DNA of 56,625 nt, filler included, from Barthelona sp. PAP020 (taxonomy: Eukaryota), in assembly GCA_040182905.1 (NCBI GenBank). It is 3 parts of 3 records of this genome, joined end to end, with 100 filler letters (N's around TTAATTAATTAA, not from the genome) between each part and the next. Parts side by side here need not be neighbours in the genome. Positions count along the whole stretch, not along the records: positions 37,858 to 56,625 come from JARQWU010000221.1; 2 more parts are not named here. One strand, written 5' to 3'. The translations under genes and the position numbers were made by a program. How positions within the stretch are numbered: position 1 is the first letter of the stretch; every line of letters begins with the position of its first letter. The notes under the pieces were generated by a model. The model saw only the letters and a program-made list of their open reading frames with translations. It was not told where the DNA came from and ran no database searches. Positions 54,444 to 56,625 of the stretch are shown piece by piece.

Positions 54444-54642
54444 TTATTATGAATTATGAATTTTTTTTGTATTTTTAGTTATTTCTTACATCTTTTAGCG
54501 TTTTTACTTGACAATTATTCTTTCTTCTTCGATTTTTTTGTATACACAAATTAGACTTTAATATTTATATATTGAATTAATCAAAATCAATTTGGTTGTG
54601 TAAATAGTAAATATACTGTTGAATTTTTATTTATTTATTTTT

Positions 54643-54689
54643 TTTTTTATTCACTCATACTCACAGTGCTTCTTGGCTTGGAAATAAAA
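54643..54689 (-). repeat. Repeat copy C (solo 47-nt core)
   Basis: ttttttattcactcatactcacagtgcttcttggcttggaaataaaa is the reverse complement of 15189-15235 with one mismatch. Confidence 0.9.
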
Positions 54690-54881
54690 TTATTGTTATT
54701 TTGTTTCCACAGAAAGGAAATCAAAATTATATATATATATTGCCAAAAACTGTCCAATTTGCCTTTTTTACATATAATTTATTCTTAAAAATGATTTTAT
54801 TGATTATTTTATGCGCGACAAAATAAATATTGAGAAAGTCAATTTTGTTTCTTTTTTACCCTGTCAATTTAATTTTTTCCA

Positions 54882-56456
54882 ATGAATGGAAGATTATGCA
54901 TTTTATTAGTATGCATGATTCTTATTCAATGTATTGATTTTCCTTTTGATGCAAAAATTGAACTAAGTATTAATAATACCTATTTATCAAGTAATTTTTA
55001 CAATAGAAAGCAATTAGTATCGATGATTGTTGGATCTAACGATTATTTATTGCATATAAATCCTATTAACAGCAATACTACAGGTGTTGTTTTAACCAGA
55101 TTGGATAATTATTCTTTTTCTTTTCTAAAAGTTTGTGAAATTATACCAAAAGATTACGATATTCTTTTTATTCAACCAGGTATATCAAGTTCTCTTAAGA
55201 GATTTATTGTTGCAACTCGTACAAAGAATAGCAACTTTGGAGGAATTGATTTGAGATTATATTCTTTTGATTGCAAACAAATTTCTGTTTATCATGTTGA
55301 AATAGATGCTGTTGTGTATAAGTATGGAAAATTGTTATTGAATGATGTTGGTATAAACAGCAATAAATTATTTGGATACTTTTCTGAAGATTCAACTGTT
55401 TCTACTCAATCTTTTCGTATTATAAAGGCTTCATTAGCAAATGAGTTCAATAGCGTGGTTATCAGCACAATGAATTATAAACAAATGTTTGATATAAAGT
55501 TGGCAAATGATGGCAGTATTTATGGGTTCTTTATAAATTTAAATGGGCAAATCTTGGTTCAAAATTTGGTTAACAATGTGAGGTTCACGAGTATTAGCAA
55601 TATATATTCTTTTTGCTCGGGTGGAAGTTGGTCTAATAACCATTTGATAGTGTTTTGTTCCACACATGACAGTCAAACTTCAGATGAATTGATGTTTTTC
55701 AAACAAAGTTTTGGTACTAGCAGTAATGGTGGTGGTGATATTTATTTATCTGATTATATTAGCACACAATACAATTATTACTCGTCTGTTGAAGTTTTGA
55801 GTGGATTCTTGTATTTCATAAATCCAAAATATGAATTGCTTGAACAGTATACCGTTGACAACTTATACCAGAATTGGGTCTATTCAATTGATAATGATGA
55901 ACATTTTGGTGATGCAATGGTAATTACAGAACAATATATTGCTGTGTTAGCAAGTGATGTGGATTCAAATTTGTTTGTTAAAAAATCACCCACTATTTAT
56001 TTAAAAAAGAAAAACCAACAATTTGAACATTTTCCGTTTGTTTGGGAAGAATCAAATTTTTGGCAAAACATTTGGAAAAATTTCGTTTCTTTATTCTTAA
56101 TAATTTTTGTAATTTGCGGTTTATCTATTTGTTTTTGTTGTTTTAAACGCGTTTTTTATCGTAACCATCGTTCTTATGATTTACACCAATCATTTCATTC
56201 TAATTCTAAGTATCCCAATTATTCTAATCTTTATCCTAATATTCACACAAACACAAATTTATACAGTTCAAATTACAATTGGAAGAATGGCAATCGTAGC
56301 TATTTTGATAATCAACCAAATAATACCGCAGGTTATTTTTTTATCAATGACAATGATGATTACGGCTTTGATAACTATGACAGTCATGTTTATGAAAGAG
56401 AGCAATACGTTGAATATGATGGCTATCCTAGGATATCAGGCGTTTCACTTTTATAA
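54882..56456 (+). CDS. Type I membrane protein: signal peptide, beta-rich ectodomain, TM plus Cys cluster, Tyr/Asn-rich tail
   Basis: Hydrophobic N-terminus; FVSLFLIIFVICGLSICFCCF TM helix; ~100-aa Y/N/D-rich C-terminus. Confidence 0.75.
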   Translation: MNGRLCILLVCMILIQCIDFPFDAKIELSINNTYLSSNFYNRKQLVSMIVGSNDYLLHINPINSNTTGVVLTRLDNYSFSFLKVCEIIPKDYDILFIQPGISSSLKRFIVATRTKNSNFGGIDLRLYSFDCKQISVYHVEIDAVVYKYGKLLLNDVGINSNKLFGYFSEDSTVSTQSFRIIKASLANEFNSVVISTMNYKQMFDIKLANDGSIYGFFINLNGQILVQNLVNNVRFTSISNIYSFCSGGSWSNNHLIVFCSTHDSQTSDELMFFKQSFGTSSNGGGDIYLSDYISTQYNYYSSVEVLSGFLYFINPKYELLEQYTVDNLYQNWVYSIDNDEHFGDAMVITEQYIAVLASDVDSNLFVKKSPTIYLKKKNQQFEHFPFVWEESNFWQNIWKNFVSLFLIIFVICGLSICFCCFKRVFYRNHRSYDLHQSFHSNSKYPNYSNLYPNIHTNTNLYSSNYNWKNGNRSYFDNQPNNTAGYFFINDNDDYGFDNYDSHVYEREQYVEYDGYPRISGVSLL

Positions 56457-56532
56457 TGAATGGAAAAAAAAAAATCTTGTAAATAATTTGTTTTATGTGT
56501 TTGTTTTTTTTGTTTTTTTTTTGGTTTTCTTT

Positions 56533-56625
56533 TCACCAATTTTCAGGTAATTCATCGTTCATAATCAATCGTTTATCAGGTGAGGCAACTTTAGCAATAC
56601 CAGGCGTTGTGTTAGCTTCTTCCAT
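56533..56625 (-). CDS. C-terminal fragment of a gene running off the window
   Basis: Open frame MEEANTTPGIAKVASPDKRLIMNDELPENW then TGA; coding-like composition. Confidence 0.5.
   Translation of the reverse strand: MEEANTTPGIAKVASPDKRLIMNDELPENW

Noticed and set aside
54662..54689. CACAGTG + 12-nt spacer + A-rich 9-mer resembling a RAG recombination signal or Transib end
   Set aside because: The nonamer GAAATAAAA matches ACAAAAACC at only 4/9. Similarity between copies continues 5' of CAC, so the heptamer is not terminal, and in the A/B pair the heptamers point outward, unlike TIRs.
54760..54772. U5 snRNA loop I look-alike TGCCTTTTTTAC
   Set aside because: Six T instead of four, with no flanking stem or Sm site.
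7563..54866. Frequent TGACA/TGTCA in intergenic DNA
   Set aside because: A 5-mer of this composition is expected often; the apparent excess was not convincing by eye.
515..56550. Numerous 60-165 aa ORFs overlapping or antisense to the main genes, and ORFs 12250-12498, 15147-15413, 18642-18824, 28708-28893 and 29009-29215
   Set aside because: Shadow frames or low-complexity F/K-rich translations of AT-rich spacers with no motifs.
1..56625. Alternative genetic code (TAA/TAG = Gln), CRISPR arrays, tRNA/rRNA genes, intact transposases
   Set aside because: Conserved genes end at TAA or TGA at the expected positions (TAG closes only unassigned ORFs) and have no in-frame stops. No regularly spaced repeats, cloverleafs or transposase/RT motifs were seen.

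Overview
AT-rich, gene-dense nuclear DNA of a flagellated unicellular eukaryote using the standard genetic code. It is not one locus: three pieces (1-18858, 18959-37757, 37858-56625) are joined by artificial 100-nt N44-TTAATTAATTAA-N44 spacers, and genes are cut at the joins. About 30 protein genes are recognisable, mostly housekeeping, trafficking and cytoskeletal: YIPF6-like, RabGGTase beta, CLC, WASP-like, DPM1, IFT172, Get3, CHD remodeller, Rpt5, kinesin-8-like, GID8-like, ferlin, SOF1/DCAF13, NEK2-like, DENND6, p31comet-like, TGS1, CYRI/FAM49-like. Two have patchy distributions: a PhnP-like metallo-hydrolase and a membrane-anchored Yellow/MRJP protein. Five 35-43 nt introns missed by the ORF track can be reconstructed. 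They sit near the start codon and have the branch point 6-8 nt from the 3' end, as in Giardia/Trichomonas, hinting at a metamonad-like organism (inference). The main unexplained non-coding signals are a ~270-bp degenerate inverted repeat at 15.2-16.1 kb, whose 47-nt core recurs at 46/47 identity on another contig (54643-54689), and a ~225-nt strongly base-paired segment at 46401-46625. No tRNA, rRNA, CRISPR array or intact transposase was seen, and no complete novel system can be demonstrated from sequence alone.
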